In this document: positions 22,149 through 34,400 of the stretch, one piece after another | How positions within the stretch are numbered: position 1 is the first letter of the stretch | How the letters are laid out: each line of letters opens with the position of its first letter | NCBI GenBank assembly: GCA_964035545.1 | Contig: OZ037772.1 | Span: 8,983,150-9,047,149 of the forward strand | Reading direction: 5' to 3' | DNA from: Bugula neritina | Lineage: Eukaryota; Animalia; Bryozoa | Length of the DNA: 64,000 bases | Notes under the pieces: generated by a model | What the model saw: the letters and a program-made list of their open reading frames with translations, nothing else | Told to the model about the DNA's origin: nothing | The model's database searches: none | Program-made: the position numbers and the translations under genes

Positions 22149-23082
22149 CAACTCCAACTCTAATGAGTTTATTTTGCATCGAAAACTATCCAATAACTGC
22201 AAGAGAATATATGGGGTGTGAGTGGGATGGTGGACGGGGTTAACTTATTGTACATATTTGTTGGACGAATCTACGAGTTACTGTAAGAAAGTTAGTCGTA
22301 CACACCTGGTAACTAGCAAGTGCTAAATGGTTAGCAAAAGCACTTTTTTTGAATTGCATGTTTTACCTTCGTGATAATGTTATTCTTGACTATTTCACAG
22401 GATATGTAATACTATGAATTTTATAAAGCATTATTATTTTGTATTTTACACATTGGAAATGATACTTTGCAAACACAAAATAAAGAGAACAACTCTTGTT
22501 GGAAATATTAAAATTTATAATATTGTTTCTTTTGTACCTGCAATGTATGTTTAATACAAATCTTCACTTGATCAAAACTTGAAGCTTTATTATTCATTAT
22601 TTTCAACACGGATGGTAACCTGATTTTCTAATAATTTGATTAAAAGAACATAAATTATATATTGCACATAGTGTTGAGAGAAAATTTCAGCTCTATATAT
22701 TAAAAAAATAGAATTTGGTTTAGGCATTGGACAAGTATAGCTATGATTATGTAAACATCAAAAATATACTGTTCATATTTCCTATTACTCTATTGTAATC
22801 AAGTAAAATAATTGGTTGTACAGGATGATCATAACAATGCAAAGGATAGAATAGCATGATCTCTTGTGTAAAATTGTAAAGTATAATTTGATAGGTTCAG
22901 ATTTGAACGGTTGAATAGTCAATTCACGTCATAGCATATTTCCCTCTTAAGCAGTTCATTTCATACTACTAAATGCCATTTATTATAAAATTCTCCAATA
23001 AGCCGCCTTAATTGAGGTATCGCCATCCACTCTTGAATCACACAAGAAGACACATGAATATTAAAATACCAATTAACAAGTA

Positions 23083-25768
23083 ATGGTTAGCAAGCTTCTA
23101 GGTGAAGAGGAATCAAAACTACTAAATAGTGACGATTCAGAGAAGAAAGTTGAAGAAAGCAGAACATGGAAATGGAAGCACGTGGCGCTGCTGCTTTTAG
23201 TGGTGCTGACGCAAGCACTAGTACTGAGTGCCGATACATTTCTGTACCCTTTTTTCCCAGAGATTGCGTTAGCTAAAGGCCTCAGTAGGACTTACATTGG
23301 AATTGTGTTTTCTGCATACGAACTCGCGAGGTTTGCTACTTCCCCAATTGCAGGCTCATTGGTAAGTTTACCATGTCAATAATAAAAAGTTTATGCGTTT
23401 ATGAAGTATTAAAATATTCACATATATCTTGACATAAATTTACAGATACTTGGAGAGTTGTATGTTCAAACTAATTTGTTTTCTAGAGGATTTTGTGTAC
23501 ACACGCCTTGAATTAATTTGCGAGTTCTGTTCTTCTGCTGATAACAAAACAACTCACAACAAATGTATACATTCTTTTTAATAAGAATTTAACTTTATAA
23601 TCATCTATTATAGATTACATTAAAGACGTGAATATTTTATTACTGCATAAATGCAGGTTTTGGAGATTCTGTAAATTCAACAATGTTGAACTTCTGAAGG
23701 TCAAACGAGACACAAAGTCAATACAGCATAATGTAATAATATTCACTTAGACTGCAATCAATTAGATGTTATGTAACAAAAATCACAAGATATCAGTGAC
23801 CTAATAATTTTTGTTAGTAATTTCATTTTCATTGTTTACTGGCTATTTTCGCTATTTACAAGCATTTACAGCTTCAAAAAATTAGAAAAAGATTCTTTTA
23901 CAAACTTAACTTGTTGCCTGTATTAGTTATCTATCATGTTTATTGAAAGTTGCCCAGGTCCTTGCATATCAAAGCACGGCCAGCCTATGCAAGCTAGCAT
24001 ATGACATCTTAATCCTAATAAATTATGTTCTTCTAAACTACTAAATACAAATTAGGACTTTATCACTTTAATAGTTTCTGAGGCCATGTGTTGTAAATAT
24101 GCTTAATTCACTTTCCAACTTCAAGTGGAATTGAAACAAATGCTCAAACAAATATGATTGTTTATTGTTTATTACATAATAAAGTACTTGCAGTAAACAA
24201 TAGCAGTGTACCATTCTGCACAGGTTTCCAAGGTAACACCTAAAGTTATGGCGGTTATCGGTAGCGGAGTGACGAGCGTTTCCTGTGTGGGTTTGGGGTG
24301 AGTAACATTTTATGCAGGTTATTATGACGTATATACCTCAATCTGTGGGCAGCAGCTGTTTCGGGATTTGTCCCCTCATCAGCACAGAACAGAGTACCAT
24401 GGCCCACACCTCCGCAATAGCAGAAACTTATGTAAACAAAGGTTATTGTGATACAGTCCTATTGTATTTCAGCTTACTCTACTACACAGATGATAAAGTA
24501 TTTCTTATATTGAATATCATTGGCCGACTAGTGGCAGGAAGTGCTGCCTCTATGCTGTCGGTGGCTTCCATGAGTTTACTTCTCAAAACAACTCCTTTTC
24601 AAACTGGAACTATAGCTGTAAGAGTATAACATTATCTGCAGTGTTCAATTTAGCTTGAAAATTCATTTTACCTTAACTACTCCAATTGTTATATACATAA
24701 TTCAAAGATATTATCTTGAAAATGACGAGAAAACTTTTTACTAAGTTCTCATATTTTAGGTCCTAATCTAAAAAGCCTATAAGTAATTATTTAAAGTAAG
24801 TTAATTAGTGTTATGAAATTAATCACTTTTGTTTACTATTGGTCTCTTAGAATTTTCCTTCGCCAAAGCTCTATAACAACATATTCTTTCTTGGGAATTT
24901 TACCAATGAAGATCTTTACTAACTGTATAAGTCTTTAAAACTTTAATGCAAGTAGACACTTGGTTATAAATAGACGTGCTGTAAGTGTTCAGTCATTTAG
25001 AACGTACGTATTTATGCTATTTGAGATTTATGAAATCGACTTAGTAGACAGGAGTGCATGTGAGTCATAAAAATGCTTTCCATGATGAGGAATGTGTTAT
25101 ATACTAATGTTGTGTAGGGCTGAACTATAGTCTACGGATTAGGCAGTTCTTTATTTATGCATAATATGTTTGACTTTCTAAATTATGGGATGGATGAATC
25201 CTTATTTTGACTGTAAGTTTTTCAACTTTTCTATAAAAGCACTTGGCAACATTAAATTTAAACATCCTAAAAATTCAGTAGATACTAATTATTATATAGG
25301 TGTATATCTACATCGTATATATATGAAGTCAATATGCTATTAATGTTGGTGCTTTGCTTTTCTGAGTTGATTATTTTATAAGACTGCACATGACTTTATG
25401 TTATTAGAGCAGTGTTGGTGCATCAATGAACCTGGGATTCACACTTGGTCCAGCTGTGGGAGCCATTTTGTTTCAGGTAAGTGTAGTATACAATATATGT
25501 GAATTATAGATTAAAATATAGCATGTACTATAATATTAATTGCATGCAGCCATGGTCTAAAGAGTTAGAATGTTACCATTATAATAGTAAACCCAAGGTC
25601 ATAGGTTTGAAGCCCAGTGAAGACTATTGGAGATGTTATAAGAAAACCATCTAGTCATAATCGCTCCTATGTCACATTTAAACAAGTCCTTAATCCGATG
25701 TGTGTGTGTGTGCGTGTGCGTGTGTGTGTGTGAGTGTGTGAGTGCGCGTATGTGCTCGTGTGTGTGCA

Positions 25769-25800
<32 letters not shown>

Positions 25801-28800
25801 TGCGTGCGTGTGTGTGTGCGTGTGCGTGTGCGTGTGCGTGTGCGTGTGCGTGTGCGTGTGCGTGTGTGTGTGTGTGTGAGTTATGTGACTAGAAAACAAT
25901 AATGATAATTAAGTAAATACCTAAATTTAAATATACATTTAATGCAGCTTGTGCCTAGCTTAAAACTTTCAAAGTTCTGTAAAAAGTCAACAACTAAGTA
26001 ACTGAAGTGACTGCAATTTTGAAACAATAAGTTACAGTATTTTCTATAATCAGTTTTAGTAAATCGAATTAACAGATGAGAAGCTTTTTGTCAAATAGCC
26101 ACATTTCTACTTTGTAGTTTGGAGGGTACACCGTATGTTTCTATTTCTTTGGAGGATCCGTGGCAATACTCACAGCGATTCAAATAGCAGTTCTACCAAA
26201 TGCAGGTAAAACTCTTACATAAAGTAAATATTGTCAATCTATTAGTACAGTACGACACTATATTGTAAAATAATAATCCTATACTTAAAATCAAACCTCA
26301 AAATTATAACTTGCAAGCCACTGTGCTTTCCATTACACTATGGAGACCACTGGGCACTCTCAACCTAACAAGTAGGTCAACTACGAGAATTAGTACAGTT
26401 ATTAGCAATGAACTGTAAAATATTATTTCTAGTTCAGTGGTTACTATAGTAGTATAGCTAGCAAGTACCCATATGATCACCAGTGCATGTCTTTCTACTA
26501 CAGATAATTTCAGAAGTTAACAGAATTAAATTTTTCATGATGCATGAACGGGTCAACCATTAATCTTGATTTATATGCTATTTGAATATAATGGATTATT
26601 ACACAAGTGTTTATCCTGGCAGTTCAAGATAAATATAATATTTAATATAAGTGCATGAATCTTTTTAAAAGTTTTGTAGATATAAAATATTGCTAAAGAT
26701 TTTTGGAAGCATATTTTATTCATGCATGATATTGCATGTTGTGCATCTCTTATAGTGTGTAGTAGTGGTGCTTTAATATATCTGTAGATGACACATTTAA
26801 AAGTGGCCAAAATTATATTCAACTCTTTAAATCTCCAGGACAAGTGTTGATATTTTTTCACTGCTTCCTGGTAACACTCTCTTGTTCCGCTAGAATAACT
26901 GGAATCTCTCCATTTTTTACCTCCACGGTGAGTTATCTTCCCAGATAATCATTAGAATTTAATTTTGTCCATTATTATCGAAGATGATTATTATTAAAAA
27001 AGAATTCTGAATTGATACAAGTAAATTTAGCAATAGAAATAGTCGCACATGCATATGAAAAAATTGCTGAAAACTGTTTACTGTTTAAAAGTTTTAATAT
27101 ATAATTAGTTTCAGGTTAGCTTAACAGAAGTTGGAGCTTTATTGTCAATGTGGGCTCTGATAAATACTCTAGTCTGTCCTTTGATTGGAGCTTTGATCAA
27201 TCGGGTAAATATTATTATATGTTGCACCTCTTCACACGTGTACATGTGTGTAATATCTTCCTGTGTGTGTATACATGCATGGTATTAACGCTTGTTTTGC
27301 TATGCAATTGCAGGGCTTTATATATTCAGGTATTATCAGTGGATGGATTCTTTTTGGAATTACTACTATATTGACTGGACCTTCCCCTTTAATATTCCGC
27401 GATAACAAGTAAGTAGGTTTGAAATTTACAATAATTACTTTATTTTATTATAAAATGCTTTTTCTAAGGTTATTTATAATTTATAATCATAATGCTTCTT
27501 GGTACTTACAAGCCGTCTGAATATTCCATGTATTGTGTATGCTAGTATAGTATATATTACTATAGTATTACATATAATTAATAGTTGTATGCATTACAAG
27601 TAATGCACATTATTTGCAATACAATTGACAGTTGATTAATGCACTGCCACAAACTAGTACAATGTAATAGTTAATAGTAATATGAATTCTTAGTAACATT
27701 TACTAGTAAAATGACACAGTATGTGCATGTAACACTGTAACTTCACACCGAAACTAACATAACTTGAGAAAGGAAATTCTTTTTAGCAAGCAATAATTTT
27801 AATGATATCATATATTCCAGTTTTCATATTAAAAATGTTCTTTACATTAAGTTTTTTTTGAATTTTAGTCACTACCTCTTCATTGTGATAACGTTGGTAG
27901 TAGCGCAGATTTTCCAAGTCATAGTCAATATCACGCCAATCAAAGCAGCGCTGAACTTAGCTGAGTGAGTACATCTAAAAACATACTACTTTTAAAATTT
28001 CAAACTCAATTATCAAACTTTTCAACTCACTACAAATAAATGTAAACTTTGCAGTCAAAAGATGTATTTAGCATAATATCAAGAATTTTAAACTTTTTCT
28101 CCACTGGGATTCGAACCCAAAACTTTCGGCTTGCAAGCCTGCACTAATCATTACACTAAAAGACCATTGGGTAAACTCAACACTATAAAGAATTTTTTAC
28201 ATAAAATTTTAGAGCAGGAGGATATGAAAGGGACAGTGTGCACACCTACGGTATGGTGACAGGCATGATTAACTGCGGACTAGCGATGGGAGCCATTGTA
28301 GGTCCAATTGGAGGAGGAGCCGTCATTCAATCTGTAGGTTACCCCTGGACTATGACTATTATAGGATTTGCTCAGCTATTTATAGTAAGTAAAAATTACT
28401 ATCTATAATTATCCAGTAATATTCTTTAATAAAAAATAATTGCTCCTCACTGGGATTCTAACCCGAGACCTCCAGTTTGCAAGCGGACATGCTAACCATT
28501 AAACCAAGGTGGACCACATTTAGCAAATGAAAACGTTACGCCAATTGAAATTAGTCATCATTCATCTTGCTCTATTATTGTCATTCGCATTATTCCGAAT
28601 GGGTGCTACTAGCTACTATATGAACTCTTGGTTGTGTTCTACATAGATTTATGGTTGTTGCTTCATGAATTCCATTAAACTGCTTTCAAACATCTAATGA
28701 AAGCTTGGAAACGTAGTTTAAGTTTATTCTTATATATCGTATATATTATATCTGTTGGATTATATTTATAGGCAGTTTTATTCATCTTCTATTTGACGAT

Positions 28801-28840
28801 AATGAAACTGCTCAGAAAACCACTCACTCCAGAAGGATGA
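23083..28840 (+). CDS. SLC18B1: MFS-type transporter SLC18B1-like, paralogue 2, 440 aa, 11 exons
   Basis: Exons 23083-23361, 24224-24297, 24473-24617, 25408-25476, 26118-26205, 26788-26927, 27109-27204, 27314-27408, 27869-27964, 28213-28384, 28772-28840. Exon sizes and phases identical to paralogue 1; intact ORF. Confidence 0.9.
24343..24387 (-). ncRNA. Type I hammerhead ribozyme motif, family 2 (cleavage triplet mutated to GCC)
   Basis: Minus strand ctgtg-CTGATGA-g-GGGA(caaa)TCCC-GAAA-CAGCTGCTG-CC-cacag; part of a 91-bp repeat (24343-24433) shared with 29371-29461. Confidence 0.7.
25546..25695 (+). mobile_element. tRNA-derived SINE family B copy followed by (TG/CG)n tract 25698-25880
   Basis: Homologous to 5993-6140. 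Confidence 0.65.
28441..28507 (-). mobile_element. tRNA-derived SINE family A copy (paralogue-2-specific insertion)
   Basis: cactgggattctaacccgagacctccagtttgcaagcggacatgctaaccattaaacca; absent at the homologous site of paralogue 1. Confidence 0.65.
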
Positions 28841-29416
28841 CAACTCCTATTCTAATGAGTTTATTTTGTATCGAAAACTATGCAATAACTGCAAGAGGGT
28901 AGAAGGGGTGTGAGTGAGATGGTGGGCGGGTCAACCTATTGTATATATCAATAGATGAATCTACAAGTTACTGTAGTCTTGTTAGCCAGTGCTAAATGGC
29001 TTATATAGCTATGCAGATTATAGTAAATAAATGATTCTGAATCATCTGCCTATTTCACGGTACATAATACTACAAAGTACTAATGTTTTGTAATCTACAT
29101 ACGAATGTCATTTTGCAATTATAAATCTAAAACCCGTCTAATATTATTAACCTTATAATATATTCTGTTTATATCCAAAATGTATGTATAATAAAAATCC
29201 ATACTTCCATACTTGAAATATTAATAATTCATTATTTGTGTTGAAAACCTTAACTTTCCAATAATTTGAATGAAGAAACTTGTATATATTGAAGATGATT
29301 CCTGAGAAAAATTGATTCAGTCATTAGTTTTAACTTTTTTGGCATGGCTATTAAATATGCTTTAGTAGAAACATAAGTTTCTACTATTGTGAAGGTGTGG
29401 GCTACGGCACTCTGTT

Positions 29417-29461
29417 CTGTGCTAATGAGGGGACAAATCCCGAAACAGCTGCTGTACACAG
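29417..29461 (+). ncRNA. Type I hammerhead ribozyme motif, family 2 (core CUGAUGA mutated to CUAAUGA)
   Basis: ctgtg-CTAATGA-g-GGGA(caaa)TCCC-GAAA-CAGCTGCTG-TA-cacag; 5-bp stem I, 4-bp stem II, palindromic stem III, GUA triplet. Confidence 0.7.
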
Positions 29462-30184
29462 CAATGTTTCCCAATTATTTTAACAATAATTAATCACAAG
29501 TTTAAGGCAGCATGGAAGTATAGAGATTTCACAGAGGAGGTTATTGAATATTTAAGAACAGTTTTATTTCCAGTAGTTTTCCTCAACAAATACATTTGGT
29601 ACTACATTAAAAATATTATATGAAAATAAATTACAATAAAATAAGGAAAAAAAACGATATAAAGAGATTGAGATTAAGAAAATTGACATATACCACAAAT
29701 TTAAGTTAGATGTAATTAGTTATACTAGTTCCTTGAAAAGGAAACATGGCAATGTGTATGAAGTGTACACACAACTCCAAAATATGTGTTAAATTACTTT
29801 ATGCATAATTATATTATCACAATGCACTTTGACTGAAAATAAGTGACGATATCTCATTAATAATAAAGAACTTTTCTGCCACCTGAAACATGCACTAGCA
29901 GCTAACTGTACTCCAGTTTATTTACACAATGTTACCATAAAATGTCAAAAATGTTGCTGACATCCTGTGACAGGTGCTACAGTGAGCTAGCATGTCATAG
30001 TAGCACTTGTCACAGTAGCATGTCATAAGCTATGACAGAGAAATGTCACTGAAAGCACATGTTTACAAGTGTCAAGGTGCTGGTAGATGCACCTATAAGT
30101 CATGGTTCAATGAATTGACAACAAGTTTGCTGTGAATAAAAAGTTGTCCTCTCTCTAGAGGTATAGGCCAGTGAATTAGACAAA

Positions 30185-31412
30185 TCAATCGTTGGCTGAG
30201 CCACCAGGGGATGCTAATTCAGATACTAGGTCAGTGTAGACTGAGGACTTTAGAAACCTGGGGTACGAGTCCTTCTCCATGAGCCCTTGTATTTTAGACT
30301 GAGCTAAGTCAAACGTCTCTTTATCCGGATTATTCAAGTTCTTCATAGTTTCTAAGCGTGTCTTGCAATCAAGGTTTACCTGCAAACAAAAGGGCAGGGG
30401 TTATGTACTGCGTGACAATAGGACAGACACTGCAATGTGACACATGTGACAGGTGCTACAGTGTGACACATGTGACAGGCACTATGTGACACATGTGACA
30501 GGTGCTACAATATGACATGATCTGCAATGCATGTTAAAAAGACTAGTTCAGTTGAAAACGAGAATTTCCTTCAAGTTTTAGTAAACCAACATAGAAAATC
30601 TGAAAATTCGTGCTCTTTATTCTTGCCACAAACCTGCTGATCCATACAAATGGGGCTCAACAGAATTGGAAAAATAAGACCTAAAACACGAACCTCTCTT
30701 GGTGCATGCGCAGTGACGTATTCCGAGTAGATCTTCTGAGCGCGTGCGGCAAACTGCTTGGGTTTCAGTTGCCGATATTCCTCGCACGCTTCCCAGAAGT
30801 CTATGTTCTCCTCGCTGTACTCTGATCGGAGAAAGTTCTTGAACAGCATAACTCCGTCTGCAAGAGAAAATATAACATGAGAAAATAACTCCTATTCTTC
30901 CAGTTTTCAGCCCCATGACTTTTATATAGAAACAAAATATCATTGCAATGAGATCTGAAATGGAAATGCCAATATTTTCCAAAAACCTTTTAAAAAGTGA
31001 GAAATTGCGCAAATACTAGAACAACTTCAACATTGATGGGTGAGCGCAAAGGTGTGTTTATGCCTTCGAGACATTTCGTCAAAAATTCAAAGCCATAACT
31101 GGTGTACTTGACGAGTGAAGTCAACTGTAACCGATGCTATTTCAGCACCCTTAGACATACACTCAGTGTTTTGTAGCTCTTCAACAGTATTTTACTTGTA
31201 TTGTTACACTTCTATAAATATTAGGACTGACTTGCTTTTGCAAAGAACATCTATCATTAAATAGGTTTGCTACTGCATGCTTACATTTATCTTTTAGCAG
31301 GTTTGTTATTGTGAGGGTCCAACTCTGGATAACCTCGACAGGTGGCGCAGGTGTGTTTGCATCTGATGGCCTCTTCTTGAAAAATGACAAGACGTTTCTC
31401 ACATTCTTGGCT
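30185..31412 (-). CDS. RGS3: RGS-box core exons (three 3'-most coding exons of the RGS gene)
   Basis: 31412-31285, 30857-30694, 30379-30185 encode the complete RGS domain and the stop (GGSAND*). Confidence 0.95.
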
Positions 31413-34400
31413 CTACAAAAGACAGCAGGCCGCATATATAAGGGAACTTACATAGAAATGATAAAAATTGATAAATTTCACAAAATCCCTGCAGATAGTT
31501 ATTTAGAAGCAAAACCTGCTCCACCACCAGCTGCAAACAGCATAAAACTTGACATGGGCAAGTAATTCGTGCCATAAACAAATCAATTCAAAGCATGCGA
31601 ATAATGTTTGCAATTATAGATGTTCGTAAAGCCCTTGCAAAACTAATATAGCTAAAAAATCAGAGAGTGGGTGAAAGAATCGCAGTTTGTGAAAAAGCTG
31701 CAAGTCAAGTCTGAAGGAGAAGTTGTCTGTTCACTGAACAGAGCAGGAAAACCCAAAAATTAAAGAGTTGGAAGCCCAATCTGAGATACAAGCAGACCTT
31801 TTACATGCTGAAGACGGGTGGGGGAGTTACCCACCCTAAATCTCCTGATTATTGATAAAGGCAGCTTAGAATATTAGTTTAAAAATGAAACATAAAACTG
31901 GAACTATAACTAATTTACATAATGGACTCATTATTAATTTAAATTCACCACTCAAAAGCTTAGCAAACCTGGGAATACCACTTAGCCATTGTGATGTAAT
32001 ACAGAGAAGAGAAGTTGGATATCGATTTTCAAACAGATGAAACTATTTAGTGCAGAATATGCCAAAATGGTAGTTAAAATATCCTACCAGAGTTGCAAAT
32101 TAAGCTAAGAGATTACTAATCAATAATTTTGATTAGTTTTTAGCTAAAATACTTGGTCAGACAAGTCTTTGCTTGAAGAAAAGGTGAAAAATCTTTCAGA
32201 AATATAAACTATAGGACTGCAACTGCCACCTAAATAAAAAATTACCACTACTAGTAGCAAGCTTTTGATCAAATATTCATATTTTAGACCTATTATTATC
32301 CCTCATATGATGTAGTGATGTAGTACGTATCCGTGTGCCGAATCACAATGCCAGCAGCAATACAACTACAAAGTCACAGATACTTCCCATTGAAAAAAAT
32401 TATGGTGTTCATAAAAAACTGGAACATTAGCTTTACCCAAAGAGTAGAGATCGTCTTTTTCTTCTCCTAGGAGTAATATAGTACACCTTATGATTATAAC
32501 CTATCACAGTGCTCATGTTGGCAAGCTACTCAGGTGTCTGCAGGTAATTGAGAGTGTAACCTGTTGTCAACCTCTGTCACTCTGTGTCAAGCAGTCACAG
32601 GTGCTTGGAGAAAGTTGAGTTCCAGTCAAAATTAAAGCTAGTCATAGAAGTGTCAATCACTTGCATGTAGAAATGACTCAGTGACAACTATGCTAAGCAG
32701 TTGCAGGTGGTTGACAGAAGCTCCAGTTATTGTCAAATAGTGGCCCAGATTTGCTTAACTCAACCAATCAGAAAACATAACAATTGTCTCATTTTGGTAC
32801 TCAACAAGACAAAATATTTATTCAACAACTTATAGTCATGTGAAGAAAGCTCTTGGAAGGAATAAAATTAATTCCTCAGTATTTATAAAAACCCTCTCTC
32901 CATCAAAGTAACAACTGTTACATAATTTGGTTCTATAAAAGCCCTTCAACTAAGAAGAGATCTTATTGCTAGCCCAGTAAAGTAAATTATAAAATACCTC
33001 ATTATGGAGATCCACAACTGGGTAAATAATTACAATTTATAATAAATCAAACCACAATTAAATTCCGATTATATTATTTCATATTATGATATTGAGAGCA
33101 GAGGCGAGGTGTAGCAATTTCCAAGAATAATATGAAAGGGGGGGGGGGGTAGCATGGTCTCCTGAAATTACATCTCTGTCCTTGTTAATATCTAAGCTAT
33201 ATTTAATTTAAATCTTTTCAAGTTTAAAACATAAATATTTGTAAGAATAATTTTTTATAAAGTTGCAAATGTATGCCCTATCTAGAAACAAGATGAGCAC
33301 CAAGTTGTGACTTGAACCTAAAGTTGTGACTCTAAAACCAAGTTAGGGCACAGCAGTTGAGAATGAACTTCTGGAATTGATGGGGCTGCAGAAATCTGGA
33401 AACGTTGGAAAACTTTCATATTACTTGAAATTCAAAACTGTGCGTATATTTTCTGGAAACTTCTCTACATTATATGCATTTTAATTTATTTAGTAAGGTC
33501 TGTATTTTATGGGTCTATTTTAGATAATTAAAGCTGCTAATATGTGAATATTATAGTTGCTAATATGTGAATGTGATTAGCCTAGAAAAAAATAAAATTA
33601 TCAATGATACACCATACTTATATAATATATAGTAACAGAAATGTGGTTAGGGTCAAAATCACTCCAAGAGCTTAGCGTTGGACCAAAACAACACAACTTT
33701 AGCAGAAAATCCAATACTTTGACAGCTAATGTAATTACTTAACATGGCATAGAGTTGAATGTCACTAACTTTAAATAAGCAACTTTGCTAATGAAATTTC
33801 AGCTTACATTAAAATCTGTAAACATTGATTTTTAGAGTCTATGGCCTTTTCACTTCTTTCAACTGGTAATGAAAATATTATTAGTTAATGTTACTGTTCA
33901 ATAGCCAATAGCAATAGGATTACATCACAGCTAGAGACATTAAACAAATTGCTTATGAGTTCCCATACCTGTCAGAATGGTTAGAAATAATATTTGATAC
34001 ATCAAGTAAAACACAGTGGAGGAATCTGCAGAATTACAGCAGATAAGCTTGTGTAAAGGAAATATATAACAAATCATACATGACCAGTGAAACAAAACTG
34101 AGCTCATAATAATAATAATGATTAGCCTACATGCCAAATTGCAGATTTTTAAATAGCCTGAATTTTATCATTCATGTGTGTCCAGTAAAATCACGACCCG
34201 ACCCAACCAAAAATATAATTTTTTTCATTCCAAGCTAGGTAAAATTAAAATCTAGCCACTCAAGTAAGAGCATTATAAAATGAAAAATGCTTGAAACAGC
34301 ACTGAGTTGATGGTCACTGAATATACGTTTGGGGGTTCTCGAGCCTTTAGCTGAGAGAATTTAGAGTTCTGACAAAGATGTGTATACAAAAACTGCACTC

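Noticed and set aside
31808-31845. Hammerhead-like CTGAAGA-c-GGGTGGG...CCCACCC-TAAA
   Set aside because: The GAAA box reads TAAA and there is no convincing stem I or III; at best a decayed copy.
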